Assembly: GCA_965644295.1 (NCBI GenBank)
Contig: CBFFRP010000461.1
Coordinates: 1 to 64,000, forward strand
Reading direction: 5' to 3'
Source: Paraphysomonas bandaiensis
Taxonomy: Eukaryota; Protista; Chrysophyceae
DNA: 64,000 bases
Shown here in pieces: positions 13,301 through 28,300 of the stretch; positions within the stretch are counted from its first letter, which is position 1, and each line of letters begins with the position of its first letter. The notes under the pieces were generated by a model. It had not been told where the DNA came from. It made no database searches and saw only the letters and a program-made list of their open reading frames with translations. The position numbers were made by a program, and so were the translations under genes.

Positions 13301-16300
13301 GCTGAGCAAGCTCATGTACTGAATCTATTGAATGATGTTGTCACAAACCGACTCACGGATGACCAAATATGCAAATTGATGGTTTTCATATGCGGGAACA
13401 ACAACTATCCTGTGGAACCACACATAACCTTCGAATTCCATGGGAATGCGTTAATATTACCGAAAAGTCACACTTGCCACAACCAGTTGGATTTATCAAC
13501 AACCAGGTACGATGGAAATGTAACAGATCAGGACTACCACCAAAACCAAACGTTGAGAGATTTTTTTGGCAGTCCTCCTGTCGACCGACTGCTCAATGAC
13601 TTACTCACGTGCTTTGAAACTCGTGGTTTTGGATTTGCTTGAATATATATGACGTTGCGTTTTTACTCTAATTCGATATTATGTAATAAAATTTATACGT
13701 CTTCTTGTCGAGAATTATTTGTGGTAATAACCTAGGTGAAATCTAGCTACCCTAATACTCCGTCTTGTTGGTATATATTGCTGAACAGCAAAGCATGTGA
13801 AAGATTAACAGTCACATACATTAGTTATACGTCATCGGTGGGCCTATTGTTAATTTATTAATGAATTAGGTAATACCTATTGGGTAGCTAAATAGGTGGT
13901 GCCTATAGGTTTGTTATTAGGAACAACTATCAGATAACCGGTGTACTTGTAGGTACTACCTAATTGTAGTATCTAATTCTCACCAATAGGCAGTACCTAT
14001 AGACTCTTCAAATTACAACGACAACACAATAAAAGCGAAGTAAAGCAATCAAATCCAAATACCTCAGCAATAACTTCTACGCCAAACGAACAACATCGCT
14101 CACCCGTACCACACCAATGAAATAGAAGTACCGTGCTCACCCCAAATATCCCAAAGCCTGAACAATCATCATTTTCTTTCGACTCTTCTGTATCAGGCTT
14201 AATGGGACTTCGACCGCTATGAGCTCATGTGGATCCAGACTTTAAGCAATGTCGACCTCAGAATGCGGTCTCCAACCTGCAGGATGTTTGGGACAGTCGA
14301 AGAGGACTGATGCTTCCAGGGTCACAAGTCGGATTCTGGTAGCAGCGACGCATGTACATGAGGCGTTTGTGCGCAGCCAACAATCACCTTTTCGCCAAAA
14401 ACTTTGTCTCATGGACTGGGTATTGCGTCATCATGTGAAATGTTTTCGTTTTGTAATCTGATTTGTATTTCTCTGATTCGAGAAGAAATGAAGCACTCCT
14501 ATAATCTCCTGTGTGAAACTCGGCCCAAGTCTGTTATGAATGATGAGTCAATTGTGTTGCCAGTGCATAACAGTGGATAGACTGTGAAAGATATATAAAG
14601 CACAGCCAAGCGAGCTTTTGCTGTGTTCGTCCGACCCTCTGCATCATCCAAGCCCTGTGACAGTGTTGAATCGTGACTGTTAAAGTGTCTTCATCTCATC
14701 TATCGGGAATTGCGTTCGTCTGATTCTGTTTTCATCAAAGGAGAAAGATCAGAATGCAAAAACAGTCTCTTGACTGTCAGTGCGAGGAAACTGTCAGAAG
14801 GTAAGCTGCCATGGCTATCGTGTACAGTATTGGTGGTGCCGTATTGACCGTCATCCTTGTCAGTAGCAGGGTCTACATCTAAGTACTCTGTAAGCATGCA
14901 TGCTATCTACACTATAACCTCTGAGGAGTGTCCCAGAGTAAGTGATATGATCGAGTGGATTTATTCTATTGTTGGGTGTGTACGAGTCAGATTCACGCGA
15001 TGTGTCAACATCGTCGGCTCGTTTCTCAATCACCTCCACCACTTCCGTGTAGAATGATATGAACTGCCGTTCGAATGTACTAAATGTGTCGTCTCGAATC
15101 TGTTTGTTTCCTCTTACGCCACTCTCATAGGTCGCAATGAACTCGCCCCATAGTCTGGACAGTAACTGTCCTTCCCCGTCCACACTATAAGTAAAGTAAA
15201 TGCACAGTTAGTATTGATGCATACATACATATACAAATATAAAACAGACATATCATTGAATGCATAGAACACCAAGTAAGTACACGTACATCTTTACATA
15301 TCATACTGTATGCATATGTATACCTGAATGTGTACTCTCTACGTCAGTCTGAGAGTCCACCTGTATAACCGGCATCACATCCTCCACTCTGGGGACACTC
15401 TCACTACTAGACTGGTCCCACTCCGACTTTGGCACCTACAAGTATGAGGATACATAAGAGCGACATATAGAGAGGCGGAGGGCCGAGGGGTCGCTCTTGC
15501 CGCTTAGGCATTCTTCCTGAGCCAGAAAGGCTCTCGTATCGTAATAAAACTTCGTTTTATTACTCTTTCCTTTTCTCTTTAAATATAATAATTATCTTAT
15601 ATAATAATATTAATAATACTATACTTTAAATAAAAATTAATTACTTTATATAATATTAAATAATTATCTTATAATAAAATAAAAATATAGTTTTGGCATT
15701 TTGGCTTTCTGGCATTTTGGCTTTTATGAAAATTAGAAAAAGTTATAAAATAAAATTTATTATATAGTTTATGTTATAAAAAGCCAGTGCCAAAATGCCA
15801 GAGTTGTAATGGTGATGATGATGGTGGTGATGATGATGGTGATGATGGTGGTGTTGTAACGGTGATGATGTAAAATTTATTATATAGTTTATGTTATAAA
15901 AATCCAGTGCCATAATGCCAGTTTCTATTCAAAATATTTTTTCAAAATAATTTATCAAAAATATTTATTCTATTCAAAATATTTATTCTATTCAAAATAT
16001 TTTTTCAAAATAATTTATTCTATTCAAAATATTTTTTCAAAATAATTTATTCTATTCAAAATATTTTATTCTATTCAAAATATTTTTTCAAAATAATTTA
16101 TTCTATTCAAAATAATTTATCAAAATAATTTATCAAAATAATTTTTACGTTATTACCAATTAAAAAATTATTAAAAAGCAAAATGGTTTAAAGAGATAAT
16201 TTTAAAAAGGCCATGAAAGATGTCAAAAAGAAAAAGCAGATGAAGGTTAATAAATAGTTGAATACACACACGCAACAAACAATAAACAAAATAGTTTTAA

Positions 16301-19300
16301 AAAATTCCTTTACTGTTTTAATTTTTTTAAATTAAAACATTATATTAAATTGTTTCAATACATCAAGTTATCAATAACATTTAAAGAGTATTTCCACTTT
16401 TTTGTTTTCATTTTTTTCTCATCTCCTTCATTTTCAATAACATACATAATGGACTCCCAAAATTTATCCCATAAATATAATTTTTTGAATATATTTTCAT
16501 TTTTCCTTTCTTTTAAATTGTTTCTAGAAATATAATCTTCTAATATTTCTTTAGATGGATATGATAATGTGCGAGAGCTTATATATCTTCTACAATATTT
16601 ATTAAGTATATTATTAATTTCACCTTCTGATTTATTCAAAGGTTTTTCACAGCAATTTGATAATTTTGTATGAATAAATTTATCGTTATCTTCATCATAA
16701 TAACCGTTTAATTCACTATCAACATGTCCACAACAATCAAAATATTTAATTCCATAACCCATTATATATATATATATGTTAGATAAAAATATTACTCTGT
16801 TGTTGAATCTAAACTCCATGTATCACCTGTCAATCTAAAATTGATAGTGTTAAACATAATATAACCTGCTGAGGCAATAACAATTCTTATAATTGAATAT
16901 CTTTTAGTTGTTGTAACTGCTTCAGTGAACAAAGTTGAATCTTGTGTTCCTGGAAATGCTACATCATCAATATAATTCCAAGTTGTGCCATCATCAGAAC
17001 CTAATATATAACATGCTTTCATTGTTCTCTCTTGTGATGTGCTTCTTTCTTGAGTTGATATAGATGTTAAACGAATTTTATAAGGCAATTGAACTTGAAC
17101 CCATTCACCATCTATTGATTGAGATGTATCATATGTAGTTGAAAAATAATAATCTGTTCCATTGCTACCAATGTAATTACCTGTTGTATCATCATAAGCT
17201 TCACCAGAAGGCATAGCATGAAAAACGCCATCTCTGTAATTGTCAATACCATTTGGTCCGCTGTTATATCTGTTATTACCCCAGAACGTCTCATCACTAT
17301 CATCAAATAATAAGTTACATGAATTTAAAGGGTCAGCTGTTCTATATCGGCCGTATGAAGAACAAATTAAGTTATAATTTCCATTGGCATAAGCAGTTGA
17401 ACCACTTCCACCAGAATAAGACTTAGTTATATGAGTATCAAAAACATCTTGACCATTAAAAGCAGTTGGAAGACCTGTAAATGATGTAGGAAAAGTGACA
17501 TTTGTTTGGTATTGTGTATTTGTATTACCTTGAACGACATTATATTTGTTAATGTGATTAGCAATATTAATAATAGAACTTAATGACATATATATATTGA
17601 TGTTATAAAATAATTTGTAATTTTCACATTAAATAATTATATAGTATAAATATATATAACCATGAGTATTTACCCAAAGCCGAAACCATCAAACGGAGTA
17701 TTCAACCCTTCAAATTACACATATATAAAAGACAGCATTGTTGACGTTGACTTAACAGGATATATTCAAAAGAGTGGAGATGTAATGAGTGGAACTCTAG
17801 TTTTGCCATCATTGAATTTATATGGAGATGGACAATTATTATTCAATGACAATTCAATACAAACAACAGCAATGACAGATGCTTTAAAAACAGATATTGA
17901 AAATACGAAAACAAAAGCAACTAATCTATCATATGATGGAACGAATACGTCAATTTCAGGAAGTGTTGAAGTATCAAAAATAATATTTCCTAATTTAAGT
18001 GAACAAACATTAGCCTTTACAAATAATTTAAAAACGACATATGATAACTATGAAACAGAAAAACAAGATTTGATAACATCAGGAAATAGAATAAGTTGTA
18101 GTTTAATAGGAGATGGATTAATAACAAATGATGAACTAAACAAACTAAATAATGTTTCATCAAATATTCAAAATCAATTAGACGCCTTAGGACATGGTTT
18201 AGGAAGTATATCAAAATTATATGAATTTAACAAAGGTGAAATGATAGGTTATAATTCAACCAATATCACTAATGGTAATGTTTCAGGAATTGTTTCAGTT
18301 GGTTCTGGTGTGTTATATGCATCAAGCGTTAATATATCATATACTAGTGAATACAATGTTTTGGCGCCATATACGCCAGATGTAGATGACTTTTTTGATA
18401 GCTTCGGTTATATTAAAAAATTAGGTAGATTCTTAATCATACATCAATATGAACTTGGAACACTTGAATCTATTAACCATTTTTTTACTCATATCGAATT
18501 ACATAAGAATGGTGTTTTACATAAAAAGTCAAGAAAATCTGGACAACATTGGAAAGCTAATAGAGGTTCTATTGAATATATAACAGGTGAAATTTCTTTC
18601 TATATAACTGTAGATGAATTATCAACATATACTTTATCATTTGATTCTGATTTTGATTTTGATGGTGCAAGTAGTGATACCACTTTAAAATCAACAATAG
18701 AAATTACACAAATATAAAAAGAATGAATATATTTTTCTAAACAATGTTATATATACAGTATAAGATGGTTGATATAGTAAATTTTTATGAATTAGACGAA
18801 GTGAAAGCCTTTCAAACAGAATCTATTAATCCTAACTATGGAAAACATGGAATAAAAGTTCCTTTCAGAATTTTAAACGTTGGAGCGTCTGGAGGTGGTA
18901 AATCGAATATAGTTTTGAATATGATTCGTATCATGAATAATACGTTTCACAAGATTATCTTGTATACAAGAAACAAGAAAGAACCGTTATATGAATACTT
19001 AGAAAGTAAGTTAGAAGACAATGATGACTTATTTGAAATTCATGAAGGACTAGAGCATTTAAGAAGTGTTAACATTGATAAAGAATATTTCGGACAAACG
19101 CTAATTATATTTGATGACTTAGTTAATGAGAAGAATCAAGATATAATAGGTGAAATGTTCTTAAGAGGTCGTAAAATTGGTGTTTCATTAATGTATTTGA
19201 CTCAGAAATATGCAAAAGTTCCAACACTAGTTAGAGAGCAATTAAATTATTTAATAATGAAGAAGATAAGTGGAAAAAGAGATATAACTTATTTAATGAG

Positions 19301-22300
19301 AAATCATGCTTTAAATGGAAGTATTGAGCAATTATTAAACATGTATCAGTATTGTATAGATGACAACATAACGAACTTTTTATTAATTGATTTAGAAGCA
19401 CCAAGTGAAAGAGCATTCAGAAAGAACTTCAATGAAATATTAAATATAGAAGCATTTTAATTATAAAAAAATATGTTGTTATTATATATAAAAAGATGTT
19501 ATCAAGTTTTGAAATAAGAAGATTGAGTCCAAAGGAAAGAGCAAAATATTTTAGACAAAAGGAACTAAACGACTTAAAAATATTATCAGAAATTAGTAAG
19601 AATATATCAGAAGAGCAACAACACTTAAAAGAAGGTATCACACCAGAAGTAAGAGATAATAGAACACTAGCAGAAAAAGAAGAAGATAAAGTATTACAAT
19701 CACAGACAGCACAAAAGAACGCTTTGAAGTTGTTTAAAAATGACGGCAAAGAGGCACAAGAGTTTTTAAATAAATTAAAGAATAGTAGATATAAAAACTT
19801 TGTTGACTTTAACAAATATTTTTTAGGTATGTTTTCTTCTTTGTCCAATAAGGTTGGTAAAATAAGAGCAAACGAAATGTATGACTTTGTATATAGATAT
19901 CTTGAAAATCAAAAGAACACATCAGGAATAAGAAATCTTTTATCATCAGAACAAGAAGTTGATGCAATAATACGACATTTAACTAGTATAGCGGGTATAT
20001 CAAACGAAACTAAAAATGATTTAAATGATAGACTTGAAGCATTGCAACTAACTTTAGAATCATTGATTAAGAAGTATGGAGAAAGCAAAGTGAAACAAGC
20101 TTATGAAATGTCAGATTTACCTGATTTTGATGAAGAAGTTGATGAAGACACAATTGTTCCAGAAATACAAAAGATAGACAAAAAATCATTAGAAAGTTTC
20201 GCAAGACAATTTCAAAATTACCCAGTTTCTGATGATTACTCACTTTATGATGATTACTCAGTTTCTGATTATCACGATGATTCAATATCATCAATAACAA
20301 ATCAAGATGAAGATTTTCATATTTATAGCAACACTGATTATGACTTTGACTTTGACGAAGAGAAAGAAGAGAAAGAAGAGACTGAGATGAAAGAAGTAAA
20401 AGAAGTATATGATGAAAAGACTCAACGAGCTATAAATAAAGTAAATTCCATGACATTAGAAGAAATGAAGGCAATGTCAGCTAATGTGGTAAGATTGATT
20501 AGAATATTGAATCAAGGAGGAGACGAATATAAAGATAGTTCAACACGAGTTAATAAAGATGACTTGAAATCTTATAATGAAGTTGCACCACTCTTTACAC
20601 CAAAAGGCGGAAAAGCTACAGGAATACAAAAGAAGAGTTTATATAATTTTGTCAAAGACTCAGGAATCAAAACAATAGATAGATTATTAAGAGAAAGAAT
20701 AGCAGAACAAGAAGGAAATATAGCAGAAGCAAAACAACCAAGAGAACCGAGAAAATCAATTACACGAACTATACACGATATAAGAAGAGAAGAAGAAGAA
20801 ATGAAAAGAAAAGATGACGATGAAGATGAAGTAGAAGAAGAACCACAAGAAGACATTATAAAAGATGGCAACGGATTAAATATTAAAAAGGTTGGAAGTA
20901 TGAGAGTTAGATTTGGTTAATATTTAATAGTATAAAATATAATATAATATAATAGTATATTATATAATAATGACAATTAAAAAGAACTACAAGAAGTTTT
21001 ACAAACTACAAATAAATGTAATGAAGCTATTAGACAATAAGTTAATGATATTATATGAGACAGGGTCACCATTCAGCAGATATATAAAGACACGAACAAT
21101 AAGCCCAGAGTTTGCGAGTGTGTTGTTAAACTTAATAGACACAAATGAACTAAACTATGAAATGATAAAACGATTAACAGAAGAAGAGAAGAAATTATTT
21201 AACATCATAATGACACAATCAGGAGCAAAGACAGAATTGAAATACAAAGAGCCAGAACTAACGGAAGAAGATTTATTAAAGCGATTTTTAATTTTACAAG
21301 GGAGTATTCGATCAGGAAACAACAGTAATGAAGTATTGAAAGAAGGAATAGACATATTGAAAAGACTTAATAAGATAGGTAGAATAGATGATGAACAGTT
21401 AAATGAAATCTTAAATAGTTTAGAATAACTATTTACAAAAATTATTATATAAGTAAATATTATATAATGTCAGACACAAATTATAACTACAATACTATTA
21501 TATTGAATAAAAACAATATAGTTTCAGGTTCAAAGAATTCAGTATTCAAATATACTTTTAATCAATCATTACGACTAAATGATTGTTCATTAGCTATTCA
21601 AAGCATAAATATGTATTACAGTTGGTTTAATATATCAGATTATTTCAGAAACAATAAATTTTCATATGTATGGTTTGACAATGCAGGAGACTTGAACACA
21701 ACTATAGATATTACAATTCCAGATGGATTTTATACAGTTGAATTATTGAATAAATTTTTACAATCTGAACTAGAGAAAAGGGGTCATTACTTAATTCAAC
21801 AAAGCACGGGTGATTTTGCTTATCACATAGAATTTATTTCAAATGTAAGTTATTATTCAGTTCAATTGAATGTATATGCAATGATGACAGCAGCACAAGC
21901 CGGAACAGATTTCGTCAAAGGTTCAGAGACTTGGTCTTATCCTTCAACACCAACAACACCTCAACTAGTTGTTTCAAATTCTTCTTCATTTGGAGACTTA
22001 ATAGGATATTCTAATGGTTCGTATCCATCAACAGCATCAAGCACAAACACAACTTTTTTATCTGATAAAACCCCAAATATGACGCCTGTTAGCTCTATAA
22101 ACGTCGTTTGTTCAATGACTACTCAAAACGGCTTTAGCAATCCTGATGGACTGTTATATTCATTTACAAGTGGTAGTGTTGAATTTGGAGGTATGATAGA
22201 TAGAGAACCAAAAACAGAGTCATTTGTTAAAGTGAGAGATGCTTTATATTCAAGTTTTACAATAGAATTATACGACCAAGATATGAGAAGATTAGATATA

Positions 22301-25300
22301 AGAGACGCTGAAACGGTTATAATGTTAATTATTAAGAGTCCTACTAATGAAGATTAAAACGATATAGTATATTTTTTTATATAATACTATTATATACGAT
22401 ATGTCATATTATAAAATGATAGGTGGAACAATGAGAAGACAAGTAATTCCTTCTCATAGAAAAGAAATACAAGAAGAAACAAAAGAAGATAAGATAAAAG
22501 AAGACGTAATTATTGAACATAAACAGAAAGTGGAAAACACAAAGAAACCTAATATAAGTTTAAGTGATAAACTAATGAGTATTAAGGTGAAACCAAGAAC
22601 AGAAGGGAAAGGACAAGATAGAAGCAAAGATGAGTTATTTGAGCGTGTAAACAATGTATCAATGGAAAGATTAAAAAAATTTGCTAATTTAAAAGTATAG
22701 AATATTTTATTCTATTCAAAATATTTTTTCAAAATATTTTATTCTATTCAAAATTATTTATTATAAAATATTTTATAATCTAAGTATATATTATACAATA
22801 TGGACAAGGCAATAGTTGACCAATCTTTTGAACAAGCACAGGAGAATGTAAGTGACTTTGTGGAGTGGGATTATAGCAAAGTAAGTGATTTGCAGACTTC
22901 AGGTAATTATTCCAGCAATCAAACAATATTTGAAACTACCACACTCTCTAACAACGGTAAAATAACTGATTACAAAAATGGATTCTTTACTATTCCAATA
23001 GTGGATGTTGTGACTGGTGAAAACGGTGGTAATCCCGTTGACTTTACAGCAGCACACATAAAAGAGAGTGATTTGTTACTATGTAGGAAAAATTCAAGTT
23101 TAAATATGATAGATTCAGTATCTATTCAATATCAAAATCAAGCAGGAATTCAAGAGACAAGAAATATTAATCAATACTTAATATTTAAACAACATTCAGA
23201 AATGTCATTAGATGATGAATATGTTAATGGTCCGACAATAGGATATGCTAAAGACACATCGGATTCATGGAGCTATGATGAAGCGAACGGATTAATGAAT
23301 AATAATAACGCTATGAATCATTTAAATGGTATTGATTACATCAATAAATGTAATAAAGGAATGTATGAAAGACAACAAGTTTTTAATAAAGTTGTTGATA
23401 CACTCAATGAATCTAAAAGAAATTTGGTATTGGGTAATAATGAAAAAATTAAAGAAATGAATCGCGGCTATGTTGTGAACACTGCAACTTATAAAGCCTA
23501 TTATCATAATGCTATTATTCGTCTTAAAGACCTTTCAAGTATATTTGAGAAATCTCCTCCCATGAAAGGTGGTCTTTTCAAAATAACAGTAAATTTTAAC
23601 CAGTGTATATTCAAAGTGACTAAAACAGATAACGACACAATGTCATTTTCTCCAGCAGATTTTAACGGGAGAGGGACTAATCCTTTGATGGTGTGTAGTT
23701 CTGGATATCAAACTTTATTTGGCGGTGCGAATAACTCAGCAATTTCAGACGATGTATACTGTGGTGGATACACAATTCCAGATGGAACAGTACTAACAAT
23801 TTCCAGCAATATAGCAAAGCCTCAATTTTACCCACACAATACACTTAACGTCATGCCATGTAAAGAACAGAACTGTTTTCTTCACATTCCTTCTTATATA
23901 ATGAAACCTGCTCTACAGAAAAGATATTTAGAGAGTCCACAAAAACAAGTTATATATAATGATGTTGTTTTGTTCCAGCTTTTCAATAAATCAAACCAAG
24001 TCAATGAACTGATAACAAATGGCCTATCGCATGTAAAGAGGATGATAATTTGTCCGTTTATTAGCTCAGGGGCTAATGGAACAAATCAGATTCACCCGTT
24101 TCAATCTCCTTTCACGTGTGAACCTGGAACGTGTAGTCCGTATGTCATTAATAATTTTCAAGTTAAAGTATCATCAACTAATTTATATCCTAATCAAATC
24201 AATTATTCATATGATATGTTTATGAGAGAGTTAAATGGTAAATATGGAGTAAATTTTAACTTAACAACTGGTTTATGTAGTTCAAGAATCAATTTAAAAG
24301 ACTTCATTAACACATACGGTTATATCGTAGTTGACCTAAAACGTAAACACACTGACGACGAAAGCGTCCCCTTATCTATTCAGTTGGAATGTAACATAAC
24401 AAGTCCCAAACCACTTGATTTTAATATTTTCATTGAACAAGAGAAATCATTCGGAATTGAAGTAGCAACAGGAAAAAGAGTAGATTAAACAAAATATTTT
24501 TAGTATGATAATATTTAATATAAACTAATTATTATCTCAACATAATATATATATAATGCATCAAGTAAAACTCAATCTATCTGAAGCTCAATTAAGAAAG
24601 TTATCAAACGGACACAATATACAAGTTAGACCAGACCAAATCGGCTTTGGCTTTCCAGTTGCTTTATCTGACAAGAACTTGAAAAAAATTGAAAACTCTT
24701 ATAATAAGTCAAAAGGAATGCGACTAACATTAGACAATGATGAAATTGAAGGTGGAAATCTAAAACAAAACATTAGAAGTGCTTTCAATAAGACTAAGAA
24801 ACAAGTTAAAAAGACATTAAAAGACCCAAACTTAGGAAGAAAGGTTAAAAATACTTCAAGAAAGGTTAAAAATACTGTCAATGATTTTGCTGTTGTTGGT
24901 GATTTAGGCATTCCCGTTGTTAGTGATTCATATAATTTATTGAATACTACTACCCGTTTAGGTGATAAGTTAGTTAGAAGTGGTGTGGACCATATTGAAG
25001 ATAGAAAAGATGAAAAGAAAAGAAGTCAATTTGTTAATGATTTTAATTCACTAAGAGAACATGCTAATACTCAATCTTCAAATTCTCCTCCAACTGAAGG
25101 AAGTGGTAATCCTTATCTTCCATCAAAGCAAGTGAAGAAAGTTAAAAAAAAACTTACTACTGGCTCATCATTTAGAACATTGGGTGCTGGAGTTATAGAA
25201 GTGGATTACAAAGGAAAGAAACCCGTTAAACTTAAAGACGATGGAAGTAATCTAGTTAGAGCTGGACATCCTGGTTTTGACCCTGGAATATCAACTTTGC

Positions 25301-28300
25301 CTAATACTTGTTGTTATTGTTCTCATTGTGGAAAGAAAAAATAATGTGAATATAATATATAATGGATTACACAACAAGTAACATAGATTTGACACATTAT
25401 CTTATGTTAAAAGGTATAAATCTTAATCAAATAGTGAGTAAGAATAAATTATTAGGTAAAGCTAAGAACAATGGAAACTATATAATAAACTTAGAAGATA
25501 GTGATAAAGGTACGGGTTCTCATTGGGTAGCTTTGAAGTGTTTTAAAAAAACTTGTGTATATTTTGATTCATATGGAATTGCACCTCCTAGAGAAGTTAT
25601 AAGTTTTTGTAATAAGAAGAAGTTAATATATTCATGTGACCAAATACAAGGCATAAAAGACACTTCCTGTGGTTTTTATTGTGTTTACTTTCTTTATCAT
25701 TTCAATAATCTAAGAAGTTTTAAAGATGATATAAGAAGTTTAGGTTATCATTTAAACTTATTTCTTAAACCTTTTGATACAAGTAACACAGAAAAGAATG
25801 TGAAGATACTAAAAAGAAGATTCAAAGAAATCTATGAAAATGACTTGAAGAAATAATTTTAATTTGTGTTAAAGAATTATACAATTTTTTAAATCTGCAA
25901 TTTATATATATATAGATGAAAAAATTGACTACTCCCAGTAAACCAACAGACGCGATGCCTGAAACATATAAATCAATTGTTGAAGTTGAATCTAATTCAA
26001 ATCCTTTTGATTCATTTAAGGCTCCTCCTGTTATTCAAAAGCAAGAATCAATGCGTGAATTGCCTCCAAAAACACTTTACAATCACAATCTTAAGCGGCT
26101 TAAATCATACAGAAACTTAAGAAAGAAATATAAACTAGATAATCAAAAAACTGTGTTTTTAGAAAACTTGAAAGAAACTTTAAAGCCTCTCGATCCAAGA
26201 AGCAATAAATATGATAGTGAATTATTAGTGGCTGTCTTAGATATTGCTGAATATTTTTTTATATATGGTGATAAAGAACAAAGGAACACTATGAAAATGG
26301 AAGCTGTTGTTGAAATAATGAAACCATATTTTAACAATGATGAAACATATTTATTACATAGTATCAATAATGTAATGCATAAAGTTAAAAGAAGTAACAT
26401 ATTCAGAAGATTAGCAACAAGACTTAGAATTTTTTTTTCAATGACGATGAAAGCTTCTTAAAGGCTCTCATTAAATCGTTGATTGTTGAGATTCTAGTTA
26501 AAGTTATTATTCAAAGAATATTCCCAATTTTATTAATCGCATTATAAAACTATTTCATTTTATTATATATGTGTAATATATATAGTATTGATATGTCAAA
26601 ATGGATACAACACGTAAAAGATTACAGTGAACAAAATAATATGAAGTATAATGAAGCCTTATCAGACCCTGTGTGCAGAGCATTATATTATGAAATGAAA
26701 GGTGGTGCTTTAACAGCAGATGAAACAAGAAAATTATTAAAGTCTTCATATAATAAAAAAAACAAAGATGTAGGTAATTTTAAAGTTGATAAGCATTTAT
26801 CTGGAAATAGAACAAAAGTTTATTATGATGAAGAAAATAATATGCCCGTTGTTGTTCATCGTGGAACAAACTCTAAAAAAGATGTATTAACTGATGCAGG
26901 CTTATTATTTGGACATAGAGGAAATAGATTTAAACATGCTAAAAAAATACAAAAGAAAGCAGAAAAGAAATATGGAACTGAAAACATGCACACATTAGGG
27001 CATTCTTTAGGTGGACTCGTTGCAGAAGAAATAGGCAAGAATTCAAAAAATGTAATCACATATAACAAAGCTATATCACCTTTTGAAATGTTAAAAAAAA
27101 ATCAATCAAATCAAACAGACATTAAAACAAGCAATGACCCTGTATCATCATTAAATTATTTTAATAATAATAAAAAAAATAAAACTAAAGTATTTAATGC
27201 TAAAACAAATAACCCTTTTAAATCACATAGTACAGACGCTTTGAAATATTTAAAACCTGACAAAGTTATTGGAGAATAAATTTAAAAATTACGTCATTTA
27301 TAAGATGTTTGTTTGGAATACTTTTTAATTTCTTCTCTAGTCATTATGTGATTGTTTTCATTTTTAATTTTAAGTATGCTTTGAGGTAAATATTTGAAAA
27401 CTTCTTTTTCATACCAACAAATAGGTTTAGTAAATTCAAGATGTGTTATTGTGTTAGGAATATTTTTAATAATTTTATTTAGTTTTCTCATAGATACTTC
27501 TGTATGTATCATATATTCATCACTCTTTCGAACGTTCATGTCAAAAGGTCTTGTTAATATATAATACATTTTTGAATCTTTAAATACAATACATCTTATT
27601 TCTTTATCATTTTGTAGCTTTGAATATAAACTGTCAATTTCTTCAATATTAATTTCTTCAATGTCAATTGTTAAAGTTTTCATAATATATATATATTATA
27701 AATATAAAATTAGTTTTTTAAATTGTTTTATAATAAAATTATTATTTTTATTAAATTTGAAAACTATATTTTTTATATAAACATTATTATATATACTTTA
27801 TGGCAGATTTTGTTATATGTTTAAAAAATGAACTCTTCGCAATACCAAAGACAAAGAAACCTCAAGTTCAAACTGAAATATCAAACATAGTAAAACAAAT
27901 TGAAGGATATAAAGCCTTAATCAAAGATTTAGAAATACAGAAACGAAAAAAACAAGTTGAACTTCTCAGTGAAAGACAACAAATATATTATAAGAATCCT
28001 ATTAATAGAAACTTACCAAGTGAACAACTTGAAAAAACTAAAGCTTATGAGAAAAGACAAAAGCTATTAAAAGAATATGATGATTCACACGGTTCTTATA
28101 TTAAACCTGAACAAGGCTATTAATTTTTGAAACGTTACATATACATATGTATATATAATACTAACTAACTATAATGACAACAAAATTTATAAATTATACA
28201 TCTTCTTATATTTCTCCATATTAATAATCATTGACTTCATCTCTTCAATCTCTTTATAACATTTCTTATGATATTCTCTTGAATTCCAATCATTGTTTAT

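Noticed and set aside
14160-15440. Second, minus-strand spliced gene in the MULE (ORFs 14700-14897 and 14860-15183)
   Set aside because: Splice-like signals exist, but I could not build a consistent open exon chain or recognise a domain.
22800-24488. Assignment as a true virophage (Lavidaviridae)
   Set aside because: Accessory genes resemble mavirus, but I do not recognise virophage-type MCP features; an HMM search is needed.
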